Origin: Bacilli bacterium
GTDB taxonomy: Bacteria; Bacillota_I; Bacilli_A; RFN20; UBA1709
Direction: 5' to 3'
Assembly (NCBI GenBank): GCA_050949315.1
Contig: JBMNFL010000001.1
Span: 128,001 to 192,000 of the forward strand
DNA: 64,000 bases
Below, one piece after another: positions 48,427 through 58,973 of this stretch. Both the position numbers and the translations under genes were made by a program. The notes beneath the pieces were generated by a model. The model was not told the DNA's origin and made no database searches. It saw only the letters and a list, made by a program, of their open reading frames with translations. The stretch's first letter is position 1, and every line of letters starts with the position of its first letter.

Positions 48427-49671
48427 ATGGTGGAGAAAATTAATTTCAAAGTAAGCAATCCTTATGAGATTGTTTTGTGCTCTTATATAAGCGACTATGA
48501 TCGCAAGATTTTGCATCGTTTGTACCAGCCTATTTGTGGGGCAGGAGCGATTGCTCTTTTTAACACTTTGTGGTCCGAACTTGAGGCGGATAAAACGATT
48601 TCTTCACTTGAAAAAAGCCACAGTATACTGCTAGCCAATCTCGGTTGTGATGTTGATGAATTTATCAGTTACCGCAAACAATTGGAAGGCTTAGGACTTA
48701 TTAAAACTCTTTACCATCAAAGGGGTTGTTACATCTATTTACTCTACGCTCCTAAGAGTCCCAAGGAATTTTTTGACTACGAATTATTTGATGTTCTTTT
48801 GCAAAGAAAACTCGGTCGTGTCGAGTACGATCGTGTGCGCACTTACTTTTCGCTCAGTCATTATGATAAGGAAAATTGTATCGATATTTCCCAATCTTTT
48901 AACGATGTTTATGTTACGCCTGATGGACCTTATAAGTTTAAAGGTGTTGCGGATATTATCGGACATCAAAGTGCTGATTTAAAACTTTCATTTGATTTTC
49001 AAACCTTCTATGCCAGTCTAAAGGATTACTTCATCAAGAAAGAGGCTTTTACTAAAGAGATTGAAGAAGAGATTGCTCTACTTGCTACTACTTATGGCTG
49101 GTCGGTAAGTGAAATGATTAATATCGTTTATAAATCACTTGATAACACTGGCAAAATTGATATTTTGCGTTTGCAGAAATTTGCGCGTATGGGAAAAGTC
49201 TCACAACCAGTTAATAAACCAGCAGAAACACAAAAAGTAGACACGGGGAATGCGGCTTTAGATAAGAAAATTGAGCTCTTTAATCGCCTAACGCCTCTAG
49301 AATTTTTGATGCTTAAAAACGGGGGAGTTCAACCCGTTGAGCGCGATGCTCGTTTGATTAAGGAATTGATTGTTACGACCAAACTTCCAGATCCTGTTAT
49401 CAATGTTTTATTAGACTATTCGTTAGCCAATAATAACAATCGCTTGGTTCGCAATTACTTACAAGCGGTTGCCAGCAGTTTGATGCGCAGCAAGATTAGC
49501 GATGCTTACGAAGCTATGATTTATCTTACAGAGCCCACCTCTAAGAGTAGGGCAAAATCCAAGGCTAAAGAGCCAGTGGTTAAAGAAAAAGAAGAGCCAA
49601 TAAAGGTAAGTGATCAAGAGATGGCAGAATCACTAAGGATATTACAAGAACTGAAGAAAGGTAGGAAATAA
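48427..49671 (+). CDS. dnaB: Replication initiation / helicase loader DnaB (Firmicutes type)
   Basis: LHRLYQPICGAGA, LEGLGLIKT, LPDPVINVLLDY; precedes dnaI. Confidence 0.8.
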   Translation: MVEKINFKVSNPYEIVLCSYISDYDRKILHRLYQPICGAGAIALFNTLWSELEADKTISSLEKSHSILLANLGCDVDEFISYRKQLEGLGLIKTLYHQRGCYIYLLYAPKSPKEFFDYELFDVLLQRKLGRVEYDRVRTYFSLSHYDKENCIDISQSFNDVYVTPDGPYKFKGVADIIGHQSADLKLSFDFQTFYASLKDYFIKKEAFTKEIEEEIALLATTYGWSVSEMINIVYKSLDNTGKIDILRLQKFARMGKVSQPVNKPAETQKVDTGNAALDKKIELFNRLTPLEFLMLKNGGVQPVERDARLIKELIVTTKLPDPVINVLLDYSLANNNNRLVRNYLQAVASSLMRSKISDAYEAMIYLTEPTSKSRAKSKAKEPVVKEKEEPIKVSDQEMAESLRILQELKKGRK

Positions 49672-49673
49672 AT

Positions 49674-50567
49674 GTGAAAAAGATAAAAATCCCACAGCTT
49701 AAATTTCCTAAAGATTTAGAAAAATATCGTTCTGAACTTACTGATCAGCTCTTGCAAAATCCTTCAGTTCAAGATTTTTTGAAGGAAAACAACCTTGATG
49801 AGAATTTTATTAATGATCATTTACTTGGTTTAATGCAGATTGAAGAAGAGAATCAAGTTTGTTTAACTTGTCCTGGCTATGCCCATTGTAAAAAAAGTCC
49901 CCGAGGGCTATTGACGACGATGTGTGAAATCGATGGCTTTTGGGAGATAAGTTATAAAAACTGTGAGCCATATGAAGAGGTTAAAGTCCTTTTGGACAAC
50001 TATCTTTATTATGATTTTGATGATGAATGGTTAAAGACCTCATTAGATAATGTTTCCCTTAATTTTGCCCGTCGCAAGCTAGTGACTGAAGCCATTAATT
50101 TATTGAAGGAAAAGACGAGTGAAGGCTTATATGTTTACGGTGCTGGTGGGGTTGGTAAGTCCTATATCTTAGCTGCTCTTACTAATGATTTAATTCGTAT
50201 TTATGGTAAAAAGGTTGCCTTTATCAATGTCCGTTCCTTTATTGAAGATTGCAAACTATCTTTTGATATGAAAAATGTCGGTGATTATGTGGGGGAACGA
50301 ATCAAAGAACTCCAACAGGTTGATGTCTTAGTTCTTGATGATTTAGGCGGTGAAAAGGTTTCTGAATGGTCAACCCACAGTGTCCTTTATGATATTATTG
50401 AGTATCGGGCGCGCCGCCGCCTTCTTACTCTTTATAGTTCACGCTATAGTCAAAGTCAGTTATATGGTATTTATGGCGGTAAGAACCCTAGAACCGATCG
50501 TTTTATCGAACAGCTTGCCTTGACGGGCAGAGAAATAGAAGTTCGGGGTTTGGATTTAAATAAATAA
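49674..50567 (+). CDS. dnaI: Primosomal helicase loader DnaI
   Basis: CLTC...C zinc site, YGAGGVGKS, VLVLDDLGGE. Confidence 0.88.
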   Translation: MKKIKIPQLKFPKDLEKYRSELTDQLLQNPSVQDFLKENNLDENFINDHLLGLMQIEEENQVCLTCPGYAHCKKSPRGLLTTMCEIDGFWEISYKNCEPYEEVKVLLDNYLYYDFDDEWLKTSLDNVSLNFARRKLVTEAINLLKEKTSEGLYVYGAGGVGKSYILAALTNDLIRIYGKKVAFINVRSFIEDCKLSFDMKNVGDYVGERIKELQQVDVLVLDDLGGEKVSEWSTHSVLYDIIEYRARRRLLTLYSSRYSQSQLYGIYGGKNPRTDRFIEQLALTGREIEVRGLDLNK

Positions 50568-50580
50568 GGGGGCCTTAAGC

Positions 50581-51537
50581 ATGCGAAAAATTGGAATTTT
50601 AACTTCGGGTGGCGATGCGCCAGGCATGAATGCTGCCGTGCGAGCCCTCACCCGTATGGCTTTGCAAGAAGGTTTTGAAGTTTATGGTGTTTATGACGGT
50701 TATAAAGGTTTAGTAGAAGATGATATTCATCCATTAACACGGGCCGATGTGGCTGGTATTATCTATCGGGGTGGAACGGTCTTAAGAACGGTCCGTCTTG
50801 AAGAGTTTCAAGAATTGGAAATTCAGAAAAAAGGTATTAAAAATCTTAAAAAACATGGTATTGATACTTTAATTGTTATCGGTGGGGATGGCACCTTTAG
50901 AGGTGCAGAATGTTTAAGTAACTTAGGTCTTAACTGTCTTTGCATTCCGGGAACCATTGATAATGATTTAGCTTACACTGATTTTACCTTAGGCTTTGAT
51001 ACCGCAGTCAACACGGTTTTATCGGCTATTAACAATATTCGGGACACTATGACTTCCCATGGTCGTGTTTGTATTGTGGAAGTTATGGGTAAAAGATGTG
51101 GCGACATCGCTCTTTATGCAGCCATTGCTGGCGGCGCTGAAGAGGTTTTAATTCCCGAAAGAGAATATGATATTGCCCGCATTACCGAACGCTTGAGAAA
51201 AGATGAGGCTAGTGGCAAAAAAAGTGATATTATTATCTTGTCAGAAGGGGTTTTTAAGGCGGTGGATTTAGCTAAGGAAATTCAGGCAAGTCTAAGGCTG
51301 CCACTGAGAACCATAACTTTAGGACATGTTCAGCGTGGGGGAACACCTTCGATGATGGATCGCTTACTGGCTGCACGTTTTAGTTATCATGCGATTGAAT
51401 TAATTAAAAGTGGTGTAAAAAATCGGGCCATTGGTATTAAGGATAACAAAATTATTGATTTAGATATTACAGAAGCCTTAGCTCTTAAGAAAGAACTTAA
51501 TCAAGAGCTTTGTAAAATTGAAGAACTGTTGCGTTAG
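50581..51537 (+). CDS. pfkA: ATP-dependent 6-phosphofructokinase
   Basis: LTSGGDAPGMNAA, GGDGT, PGTIDND. Confidence 0.96.
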   Translation: MRKIGILTSGGDAPGMNAAVRALTRMALQEGFEVYGVYDGYKGLVEDDIHPLTRADVAGIIYRGGTVLRTVRLEEFQELEIQKKGIKNLKKHGIDTLIVIGGDGTFRGAECLSNLGLNCLCIPGTIDNDLAYTDFTLGFDTAVNTVLSAINNIRDTMTSHGRVCIVEVMGKRCGDIALYAAIAGGAEEVLIPEREYDIARITERLRKDEASGKKSDIIILSEGVFKAVDLAKEIQASLRLPLRTITLGHVQRGGTPSMMDRLLAARFSYHAIELIKSGVKNRAIGIKDNKIIDLDITEALALKKELNQELCKIEELLR

Positions 51538-51547
51538 GAGGAGAAAT

Positions 51548-52786
51548 ATGGCTAAGAAAAAATTGGTTGGCGCCTGTTTACTTGCTCAATCAGGTGGACC
51601 GACCGCGGTTATTAATGCTAGTGCCGCTGGGGTCTTTTTAGAGGCCCTGAATAATGATTGTATCACCAATGTATATGCGGCTGCTTATGGTGTGGCTGGC
51701 ATTTTAGGTGATGAAATTTATGATATGGGCCAAGAGGATTTAAGCGAACTGGAATTATTAAAGAATACGCCCTCATCGGCCTTGGGCTCCGCTCGCTATA
51801 AACTAAAGGATTTTGGCACTGATAGTAGAGAATATGAACGCATTCTAGAAGTTTTCCGCAAATATAATATCCGTTATTTCTTCTTCAATGGTGGCAATGA
51901 TTCGATGGACACTTGTAATAAAATTAGTAAATATATGAAGTCTGAGGGTTATGAATGTCGCATTATTGGTATTCCTAAAACCGTGGATAACGATTTGATG
52001 TTTACTGATCATTGTCCAGGTTATGGCAGTGCGGCTAGATATATTGCCACTACCATGATGGAGATTGGTCTTGATGCCCGTGTTTATGATATAACCTCGG
52101 TAACCGTAGTTGAGATAATGGGGCGTAATGCCGGCTGGTTAACGGCGGCTGCCTCTTTAGCGGGCGAATCTAAACCCGATTTGATTTATTTACCAGAAAT
52201 ACCCTTTAGTACTTCTAAATTTATTGCCGATGTCGGCGCGGTTTTAAAAAAGAAAAGGAATTGTTTAATTGCGATCTCTGAAGGGCTAAGAACCCGCGAG
52301 GGTCAGTATATTACCGATATGACCGCTGGTGTTGATCATTTTGGTCACACCCAACTTGGTGGGGCGGGGGAATTTTTAGAAGATATCGTTCGGCGGGAAT
52401 TTGGTTGTAAATGCCGCTCAATTGAGTTTAGTTTAATGCAACGCAGCGCCGCCCATCTGGCTTCCCAAACTGATATTGATGAGGCTTTTGAAGCCGGCAG
52501 AATGGCGGTTAAATGGGCTGTTAAAGGCGAGAGTGATAAGATGGTAATTTTAGTTCGTGACCAAGATGAAAAAGGTCAGTACAAATGCCGTTATGAACTA
52601 GCGGAATTAGCCTACATCGCGAATATTGAGAAGAAGTTTCCGCGTGAATGGATTAGTGAGGATGGAACAGCGATTATGCCGGCCTATTTTGAATATGCCA
52701 TGCCTTTAATTCAGGGAGTACCGGAACTTAGATATGAGAATAGTTTACCAAGATTTGCACGTTTAAAGAAAGTGAGGGCGAAATAA
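51548..52786 (+). CDS. pfp: Phosphofructokinase, probably PPi-dependent
   Basis: AQSGGPTAVINAS; GGNDSMDT and PKTVDND carry the Asp/Lys signature of PPi-dependent enzymes. Confidence 0.8.
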   Translation: MAKKKLVGACLLAQSGGPTAVINASAAGVFLEALNNDCITNVYAAAYGVAGILGDEIYDMGQEDLSELELLKNTPSSALGSARYKLKDFGTDSREYERILEVFRKYNIRYFFFNGGNDSMDTCNKISKYMKSEGYECRIIGIPKTVDNDLMFTDHCPGYGSAARYIATTMMEIGLDARVYDITSVTVVEIMGRNAGWLTAAASLAGESKPDLIYLPEIPFSTSKFIADVGAVLKKKRNCLIAISEGLRTREGQYITDMTAGVDHFGHTQLGGAGEFLEDIVRREFGCKCRSIEFSLMQRSAAHLASQTDIDEAFEAGRMAVKWAVKGESDKMVILVRDQDEKGQYKCRYELAELAYIANIEKKFPREWISEDGTAIMPAYFEYAMPLIQGVPELRYENSLPRFARLKKVRAK

Positions 52787-54207
52787 TGCCTATTTTAAAA
52801 AAGACCAAAATTGTTGCCACAATTGGTCCGGCTTCGGACAAGAAGGAAATTATTAAACGCTTTATTGCCGCGGGGGTTAATGTTGCCCGCTTGAATTTTT
52901 CTCATGGTGATCATGCAAGCCACCAAGAAAAGGTTGATATTTTAAATGAGTTAATTGAGGAAGGCAATAACATTGCAATTCTACTAGACACTAGGGGCCC
53001 TGAGGTAAGGACGGGGGATTTTGAAAGTGGAATGGCCAGTTTTAAGGCTGGTGAGTTGACAAGGATTTGTATGCGTAAGGTTTTGGGAACAAAAGATTTA
53101 TTTTCAGTTACCTATCCCAATTTTTATGATGATGTCAAAATTAACGATGTTATTCGCATAGATGATGGTCGTCTTTCTTTAACTGTTAAGGAAAAGGACG
53201 AGGAGAAAAGAGAGTTGATTTTAAGAGTTGAAAATAGTCATACGGTTAGAGATAAGCGTAGTATTGTCACGCCTTTTTCGCGTTCATCTCTACCTTTTGT
53301 TTCACCTAGCGATGCTGAGGATATTCGTTTTGCCTGCCGTAATAACATTGATTTTATTGCTTTATCCTTTACTAGATGTAAAGAAGATGTTTTGCAAATT
53401 AAGGAGATTTTAAAAGAGGAAGGCAAGGAAGATACGGTAATAATTGCTAAAATTGAGAATTATGAAGGCTATAAAAATGCCGAAGAAATTTTAAGTGTGG
53501 CTGGGGGGATTATGATTGCTAGAGGTGATTTAGGAGTTGAGGTCAATCCTGAAGAGGTACCGATTATCCAAAAAGAACTGGTAAATCTTGCCAATCGTAT
53601 GGGGAAAATAGTTATTGTAGCTACCCATATGTTAGATAGCATGCAGAATAATCCTACCCCCACTAGAGCCGAAGTTAGCGACGTGGCTAATGCCGTCTAT
53701 GAGGGTTGTGATGCTGTGATGCTTTCAGGTGAATCAGCCTCAGGACAATTCCCGGTTGAATCGGTGGCAATGGAAGCGCGAATTGCTAAACGCATTGAGG
53801 ATATTTTAGATTACCATAAGTTAGCCGAAGAGGGCTTTAAACATACTAAGGGCGACCATAATGATGGTATTGCTTACTCGGTAGCTAGTACGGTTTTACT
53901 CAGTAATGCCAAGTTAATTGTTTGTTTTAGTAAGACTGGTAGTACCGCTAGGCGTATCAGTTATTATCGGCCAAAATGCCCCGTTGTTTCTATTTCGCCT
54001 TCTAAACGGGTTAAGCGCTCTTTATGTCTGAATTGGGGTGTTTATGGCTACTATCAAAAAGACTTTACCACCAAAGAGATGTCGGCCAGTCAGTTTGCCA
54101 TCAAAATTGCCAAGAAGTATGGGATTAAAAAAGGCGAACGCATCATCCTAACTGGAGGCGATGGTGCAGGCAACACCAACTTTATGAAATTAGTTAAGGT
54201 TGAATAA
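52786..54207 (+). CDS. pyk: Pyruvate kinase
   Basis: KTKIVATIGP, RLNFSHG, IAKIEN, ARGDLGVE, PTRAEVSDVANA. Confidence 0.97.
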   Translation: MPILKKTKIVATIGPASDKKEIIKRFIAAGVNVARLNFSHGDHASHQEKVDILNELIEEGNNIAILLDTRGPEVRTGDFESGMASFKAGELTRICMRKVLGTKDLFSVTYPNFYDDVKINDVIRIDDGRLSLTVKEKDEEKRELILRVENSHTVRDKRSIVTPFSRSSLPFVSPSDAEDIRFACRNNIDFIALSFTRCKEDVLQIKEILKEEGKEDTVIIAKIENYEGYKNAEEILSVAGGIMIARGDLGVEVNPEEVPIIQKELVNLANRMGKIVIVATHMLDSMQNNPTPTRAEVSDVANAVYEGCDAVMLSGESASGQFPVESVAMEARIAKRIEDILDYHKLAEEGFKHTKGDHNDGIAYSVASTVLLSNAKLIVCFSKTGSTARRISYYRPKCPVVSISPSKRVKRSLCLNWGVYGYYQKDFTTKEMSASQFAIKIAKKYGIKKGERIILTGGDGAGNTNFMKLVKVE

Positions 54208-54229
54208 GCTAGAATTGTTGATGTTTTGG

Positions 54230-54475
54230 TTGACAAGAAAGGAAATAACCAGCATAATTTACGTGTAAACTTTAATTAAGATACGATTCGCTTTTATCGG
54301 ATTTAGAGAGGAAACGCTTGGTGCAAGTTTCTGAAGAAAAAGTAGAGTTACCACTTAATAGGGCGTTGTGAACAGCGACGTTACTTGGCGTTAACAAGTT
54401 CGAGAGCATAGATTTTTCTATGAACTAAGGTGGTACCGCGCGAAATACAAGCGTCCTTGGCTGGGCGCTTTTTTG
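54230..54475 (+). promoter_or_regulatory. thrS promoter and T-box riboswitch (Thr specifier ACC)
   Basis: TTGACA-17-CATAAT; AGAGA and GGTGCAA stem I motifs; ACC at 54350-54352; T-box AAGGTGGTACCGCG at 54427-54440; terminator AAGCGTCC/GGGCGCTT plus T run. Confidence 0.92.
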
Positions 54476-54495
54476 TTTAAATAGGAGGTAAGCAT

Positions 54496-56400
54496 ATGGT
54501 CCAAGTTAAACTTAAAGATGGCAAAATCATGAAGGTAGAGAAAGGGACGAAATTTGGCGATATCGCCCAAATGATCAACTCGTCGCTACGCAAAAAGGTT
54601 TTAGTTGTTGAGGTAGATGGTCTTCTTAAGGACTTAAATGTCCCTGTTATGGAAGATTGTCAAATTGATTTCGTCACAAGAGATGATGAAAGAGCTTTTC
54701 CTGTTTTGAATCATTCTGGGGCCCATCTTTTGGCTCAGGCGGTTAAGCGCTTATATCCGCAGGCCTTGTTTTGGGTTGGTCCGGCCATTGAAGAGGGCTT
54801 TTATTACGATATGGATCTAGGCGATGTCACCTTAAAAGATGAGGATTTAATCGCGATTGAACAGGAGATGAAAGCCATTGTCAAACAAGGCGAAGTAATT
54901 GAGCATCGTGTGGTTTCTAAGAAGGAAGCCTTAAAACTCTTTGCCGACAATCCCTATAAAATTGACTTAATAAACGAACTTGATGAACATGAGGAAATAA
55001 GCGTTTATAGTCAGGGGGATTTTCTTGATTTATGTCGGGGTCCGCATGTTGAAAATGTTAAAGAAATAAAAGCTTTTAAACTCTTAAAAGTTAGTGGTGC
55101 TTATTATAAGGGTGATTCCAAAAATAAAATGTTCCAACGTATCTATGGTATTGCCTTTGCCTCAGAAGCGGCTTTAAAAGAACATTTATTAATGTTAGAA
55201 GAGGCTAAAAAACGCGATCATAAAAAGTTGGGGCGGGAACTGGATTTATTCATGTTGAGTGAGTATGGTCCAGGCTTTCCTTTTTGGCTACCTAATGGTT
55301 TAGCTATCCGTCGCGAACTAGAAAACTTTTGGTATCACGAACACATTCTGGAGGGTTATGAGTTTATCCAAACTCCCATCTTGCTCAATCAGGAATTGTG
55401 GGAGATTTCCGGGCACTGGCACAATTATCGGGAAAATATGTATACTTCAACCATCGATGATCGCTTGTTTGCTATTAAGCCGATGAATTGTCCTGGGGGC
55501 ATGTTAGTTTATAAGCGTGATTTACATTCTTATCGCGATCTTCCTCTTCGTTGTGGCGAGTTAGGCTTGGTTCACCGCCATGAGGCAAGTGGCGCTTTAA
55601 ACGGTCTTTTTAGAGTGCGAAACTTTACCCAAGATGATGCTCATATTTTCATGACTGAGGAACAGATTGAAAGTGAAATCGCTAGTCTTATCGCTTTTAT
55701 GGGGCGGCTTTATGCGACTTTTGGTCTTGAATACACGATCGAACTTTCAACTAGACCCCTTGAAAAGTATATTGGTTCCATTGAGGTTTGGGATTTGGCT
55801 GAGGCAGCCTTAAAAAAGGCGATGGATTCTTTAAAAATCCCCTATAAAATCAATCCTGGGGATGGGGCTTTCTATGGTCCGAAACTGGATTTTAAAATTC
55901 GCGATTCTCTGAAGCGGATTTGGCAGTGTGGGACGATTCAATTAGATATGAATCTGCCCGAGCGCTTTGATTTAAATTATATTGATGAAAACGGGGAGAA
56001 GAAACGTCCGGTCATGCTGCACCGCGCGATTTTTGGTTCTTTTGAACGCTTCATCGGTATTTTAATTGAACACTATGCTGGTAAATTCCCTCTTTGGTTA
56101 GCACCAATACAGGTAAGTGTTCTTCCCGTTATGGATTTACAGAAAGACTATGCCTTAGAAATTAAGAATAAACTATTAAGAGAAGGTATACGCGTGTGTC
56201 TTGATGCCTCGGCTGAAAAGTTGGGTTATCGGATGCGCAATGCTCAAATAAAGAAAATAAATTATGTGTTAGTTGTCGGAGATGAGGAGAAAAGCAAAGG
56301 TCTAGTAACCTATCGAAAACATGGTGAACAAAAACAAAATACGGTTAGTTATGAGGCCTTTATCCAGTTAATCAAAGAACAAATCAAAAATAAGGAATAG
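54496..56400 (+). CDS. thrS: Threonine--tRNA ligase
   Basis: HSGAHLLAQA, DLCRGPHV, KPMNCPG, GAFYGPKLD, HRAIFGSFERF. Confidence 0.98.
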   Translation: MVQVKLKDGKIMKVEKGTKFGDIAQMINSSLRKKVLVVEVDGLLKDLNVPVMEDCQIDFVTRDDERAFPVLNHSGAHLLAQAVKRLYPQALFWVGPAIEEGFYYDMDLGDVTLKDEDLIAIEQEMKAIVKQGEVIEHRVVSKKEALKLFADNPYKIDLINELDEHEEISVYSQGDFLDLCRGPHVENVKEIKAFKLLKVSGAYYKGDSKNKMFQRIYGIAFASEAALKEHLLMLEEAKKRDHKKLGRELDLFMLSEYGPGFPFWLPNGLAIRRELENFWYHEHILEGYEFIQTPILLNQELWEISGHWHNYRENMYTSTIDDRLFAIKPMNCPGGMLVYKRDLHSYRDLPLRCGELGLVHRHEASGALNGLFRVRNFTQDDAHIFMTEEQIESEIASLIAFMGRLYATFGLEYTIELSTRPLEKYIGSIEVWDLAEAALKKAMDSLKIPYKINPGDGAFYGPKLDFKIRDSLKRIWQCGTIQLDMNLPERFDLNYIDENGEKKRPVMLHRAIFGSFERFIGILIEHYAGKFPLWLAPIQVSVLPVMDLQKDYALEIKNKLLREGIRVCLDASAEKLGYRMRNAQIKKINYVLVVGDEEKSKGLVTYRKHGEQKQNTVSYEAFIQLIKEQIKNKE

Positions 56401-56417
56401 TGACTATTCCTTTTTTA
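56392..56417 (+). terminator. thrS terminator
   Basis: AAGGAATAG-TGA-CTATTCCTTTTTT. Confidence 0.75.
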
Positions 56418-56464
56418 ATGTTTTTTTGAAAGGAATGTGTTATACTCTTTGCGAGGTGATTTTT

Positions 56465-57415
56465 ATGGAAAGTACAAAGTTGTTTAATTCAGTGCGTTTA
56501 ACCTTTTGGTCGATTTTATTAACTCTTTTTTCACTGAACTTGTTTGATATTGGTCCAATATCCAGTGGTCATTTGTTTACTATCGCTGGCATAGTCTTGG
56601 GCTTTATGGCTTTATCAAAACTAGTTAAAGAGGATAGTAAGTTTAAAATAGCTTTTGTTTTTTTATTTATATATGCAGCTTTAATTGTAGTAAATCTCGT
56701 ATTGGCCTTTGTTGATTATGGGACGGGTTCTTTTAATCAAGCGGCAACTTTATTACAGTCTAAAGAAATTATTCCAGTGGAAATACTAAATAAAATGCTG
56801 GTCGTACTTTGTTTGTCAGTAGTTATGGTGGCCGTGCAGATTCTTTGGATGATATTTTTAGCTCAAGGCTTACGAAATTTATGTTTTGCTCGCGAAAAGA
56901 GAGCTCTTCATCGTGAGGGAAAAAGACGGGTTAAAGGTCTAGGAATTTTTGGGGTTGTTTATTTTATTGGAATGGTGGCTGCCTGTAGTGGCTTATTAAC
57001 TTTGTTTGATCGTTTAAATGCTTATTATGCAAATTCTAATCCTGAAACCACAATGAATCTTACTAGTGCTACTCAGCAGTTTACTTTGGCTGCTGTAATC
57101 TTGATGGTTGGTGTAATTAGCTTCTATGTTAGCAGTATCAAATTCCTCATGTATATCAGTCGTGTAAAGTTAATTGTAGATAAACCTAACCCAGTCTATG
57201 ATATCCCTAGCACGCCTAATGTTGATCAAAATCCTTCTCAAACGAGTAGTGGTGGCGAAGGCTCAAGTTTTGATGGTCGTTATGGCCAAACCAAACAAAC
57301 CTATAGTTATGATGAATATGTTCCAGGTACTAGGATTAAAGAAAGTGATGTTGTTGATGTCGAAATAGAGAAGAAAAAAGAAAAGAAAAAGAACTGGGAT
57401 GATGAAATTAAATAA
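56465..57415 (+). CDS. Hypothetical multi-pass membrane protein with low-complexity C-terminal tail
   Basis: About 6 hydrophobic segments; RBS GAGGTG before ATG 56465. Confidence 0.7.
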   Translation: MESTKLFNSVRLTFWSILLTLFSLNLFDIGPISSGHLFTIAGIVLGFMALSKLVKEDSKFKIAFVFLFIYAALIVVNLVLAFVDYGTGSFNQAATLLQSKEIIPVEILNKMLVVLCLSVVMVAVQILWMIFLAQGLRNLCFAREKRALHREGKRRVKGLGIFGVVYFIGMVAACSGLLTLFDRLNAYYANSNPETTMNLTSATQQFTLAAVILMVGVISFYVSSIKFLMYISRVKLIVDKPNPVYDIPSTPNVDQNPSQTSSGGEGSSFDGRYGQTKQTYSYDEYVPGTRIKESDVVDVEIEKKKEKKKNWDDEIK

Positions 57416-57416
57416 G

Positions 57417-57440
57417 AAAATCTGGGCTTCCCAGATTTTT
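57417..57440. terminator. Bidirectional terminator
   Basis: AAAATCTGGG-CTT-CCCAGATTTT between convergent genes. Confidence 0.8.
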
Positions 57441-58916
57441 TTATTTCACAATAAGTTCAATAGCTCTTTTAATTTTATGAGCACTGTCGCTAGCAAGCAT
57501 AGTGATAGCACAAGCTTCACTTTCGGCTTCTTCTCCTGCTAAGCCATTGATATAAGCGGCGCAGGCACTAACAAGGGCACGCTCTTCTTTTGATTGTCCA
57601 CATAGAGCACATAAAACACCGGCAAAAACATCACCACTACCAGCACTGGCCATGCCTGCTGTCCCGCGATCAACAAGATAAACTAACTGTCCGTTACTAA
57701 CAATATTAGTAGGGCCTTTAAGGAGCAAAGTTAGGTTATAATTCTTAGCAAAAGATTGAACTTCTTTAATCGGATTTGTATTGATTTCTTCGATAGATTT
57801 TTCACAAATACGGGAGAACTCTTTTAGGTGTGGTGTTAAAATAATTTGTGCCTTACTTTCCTTTAAAAGTTTTTTGTCCATTTCGGCTAAAATGTTTAAG
57901 GCATCAGCATCAAAGATAAGCGTTTCTTGATAATTCTTTAGAAGGTATGTGATCAATTTTTTTAAGTGTTCATTTTGCCCATATCCCATACCAACTGCAA
58001 CAGCCTTAGTATTAAAAATTAGTTCCTCAACTTCCTTTTCTTGGAAGCGGCTACTGAGTGGGAAAACAGTGCTTTCTAAGATGTAGGGTAAGACAGCGTT
58101 AACCAGTCTTTCAGGGATAGCTAATTTAACAACTCCCGCTCCTGAGTACATCGCTGAAGCAGCTAGATTCGCCAGTTTAATAGCCCCTGAATAGCGGATG
58201 GATCCACCAATCAAGGCGATATAGCCATAATCTCCTTTATGAGAATATTGCTTTCGTGTTTTTAACACTTCTTTAACATCAGCCTTTTCAATTAAATAAT
58301 AGCTTTCGGCCAAACTTTCTAAACCAATGTCCCCATAGACTTTTTCTTTAATATAGTCTTTAGCCATGGCGAGAAAATGACCGGGTTTAAAAGTCCCAAT
58401 CGCGATAGTTAAATCAGACTTAACCGCTAGTTTTGTTAGACCATTATCGCTATTTAAACCACTATTGATATCAGCAGAAATAACATAGGCTGAGCTAAGG
58501 TTTATTTTTTCGATAACCTCTCTTGCTAGACCCTTAACTTCGCCTTTAAAGCCGGTTCCAAAAAGACAATCAACTAAAGTTTTGTAGCCTTCAAAATTTG
58601 TTGCTGGGCTTAACAAGTGAGTTTTAATTCTTGACTCTTGACATTTTTGGTAGTAGAAAAAGCCAGCAGGACTAAACTTTTCGGCTAGCAAAAAGATTTC
58701 AACTTCGATGTTGTGTTCCTTTAATAAGAGGGCTAAAGCAAAACCATCGCCAGCGTTATTGCCATAGCCAGCAATGATGGCAACGGGTCCTTGATAGTTA
58801 TGAGACTTAAAAAGAACGTTCGCGGCTTTTGCCATTAATTCTTGAACGTCGCAACCTTTTTCAATAGTGTAGGCTTCGTTTTTTAAGCTACTAGCGACGG
58901 ATAAAACTTTAAGCAT
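57441..58916 (-). CDS. nnr: Bifunctional NAD(P)H-hydrate epimerase/dehydratase
   Basis: GYGNNAGDG, VDCLFGTG, SHKGDYG, DADAL, LTPHLKEF, AGSGDVFAG. Confidence 0.93.
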   Translation of the reverse strand: MLKVLSVASSLKNEAYTIEKGCDVQELMAKAANVLFKSHNYQGPVAIIAGYGNNAGDGFALALLLKEHNIEVEIFLLAEKFSPAGFFYYQKCQESRIKTHLLSPATNFEGYKTLVDCLFGTGFKGEVKGLAREVIEKINLSSAYVISADINSGLNSDNGLTKLAVKSDLTIAIGTFKPGHFLAMAKDYIKEKVYGDIGLESLAESYYLIEKADVKEVLKTRKQYSHKGDYGYIALIGGSIRYSGAIKLANLAASAMYSGAGVVKLAIPERLVNAVLPYILESTVFPLSSRFQEKEVEELIFNTKAVAVGMGYGQNEHLKKLITYLLKNYQETLIFDADALNILAEMDKKLLKESKAQIILTPHLKEFSRICEKSIEEINTNPIKEVQSFAKNYNLTLLLKGPTNIVSNGQLVYLVDRGTAGMASAGSGDVFAGVLCALCGQSKEERALVSACAAYINGLAGEEAESEACAITMLASDSAHKIKRAIELIVK

Positions 58917-58973
58917 TTTCTCACCTTCTAACTAAGTATATCACAGCTTAAATCAGGCGACAATTTACAGATT

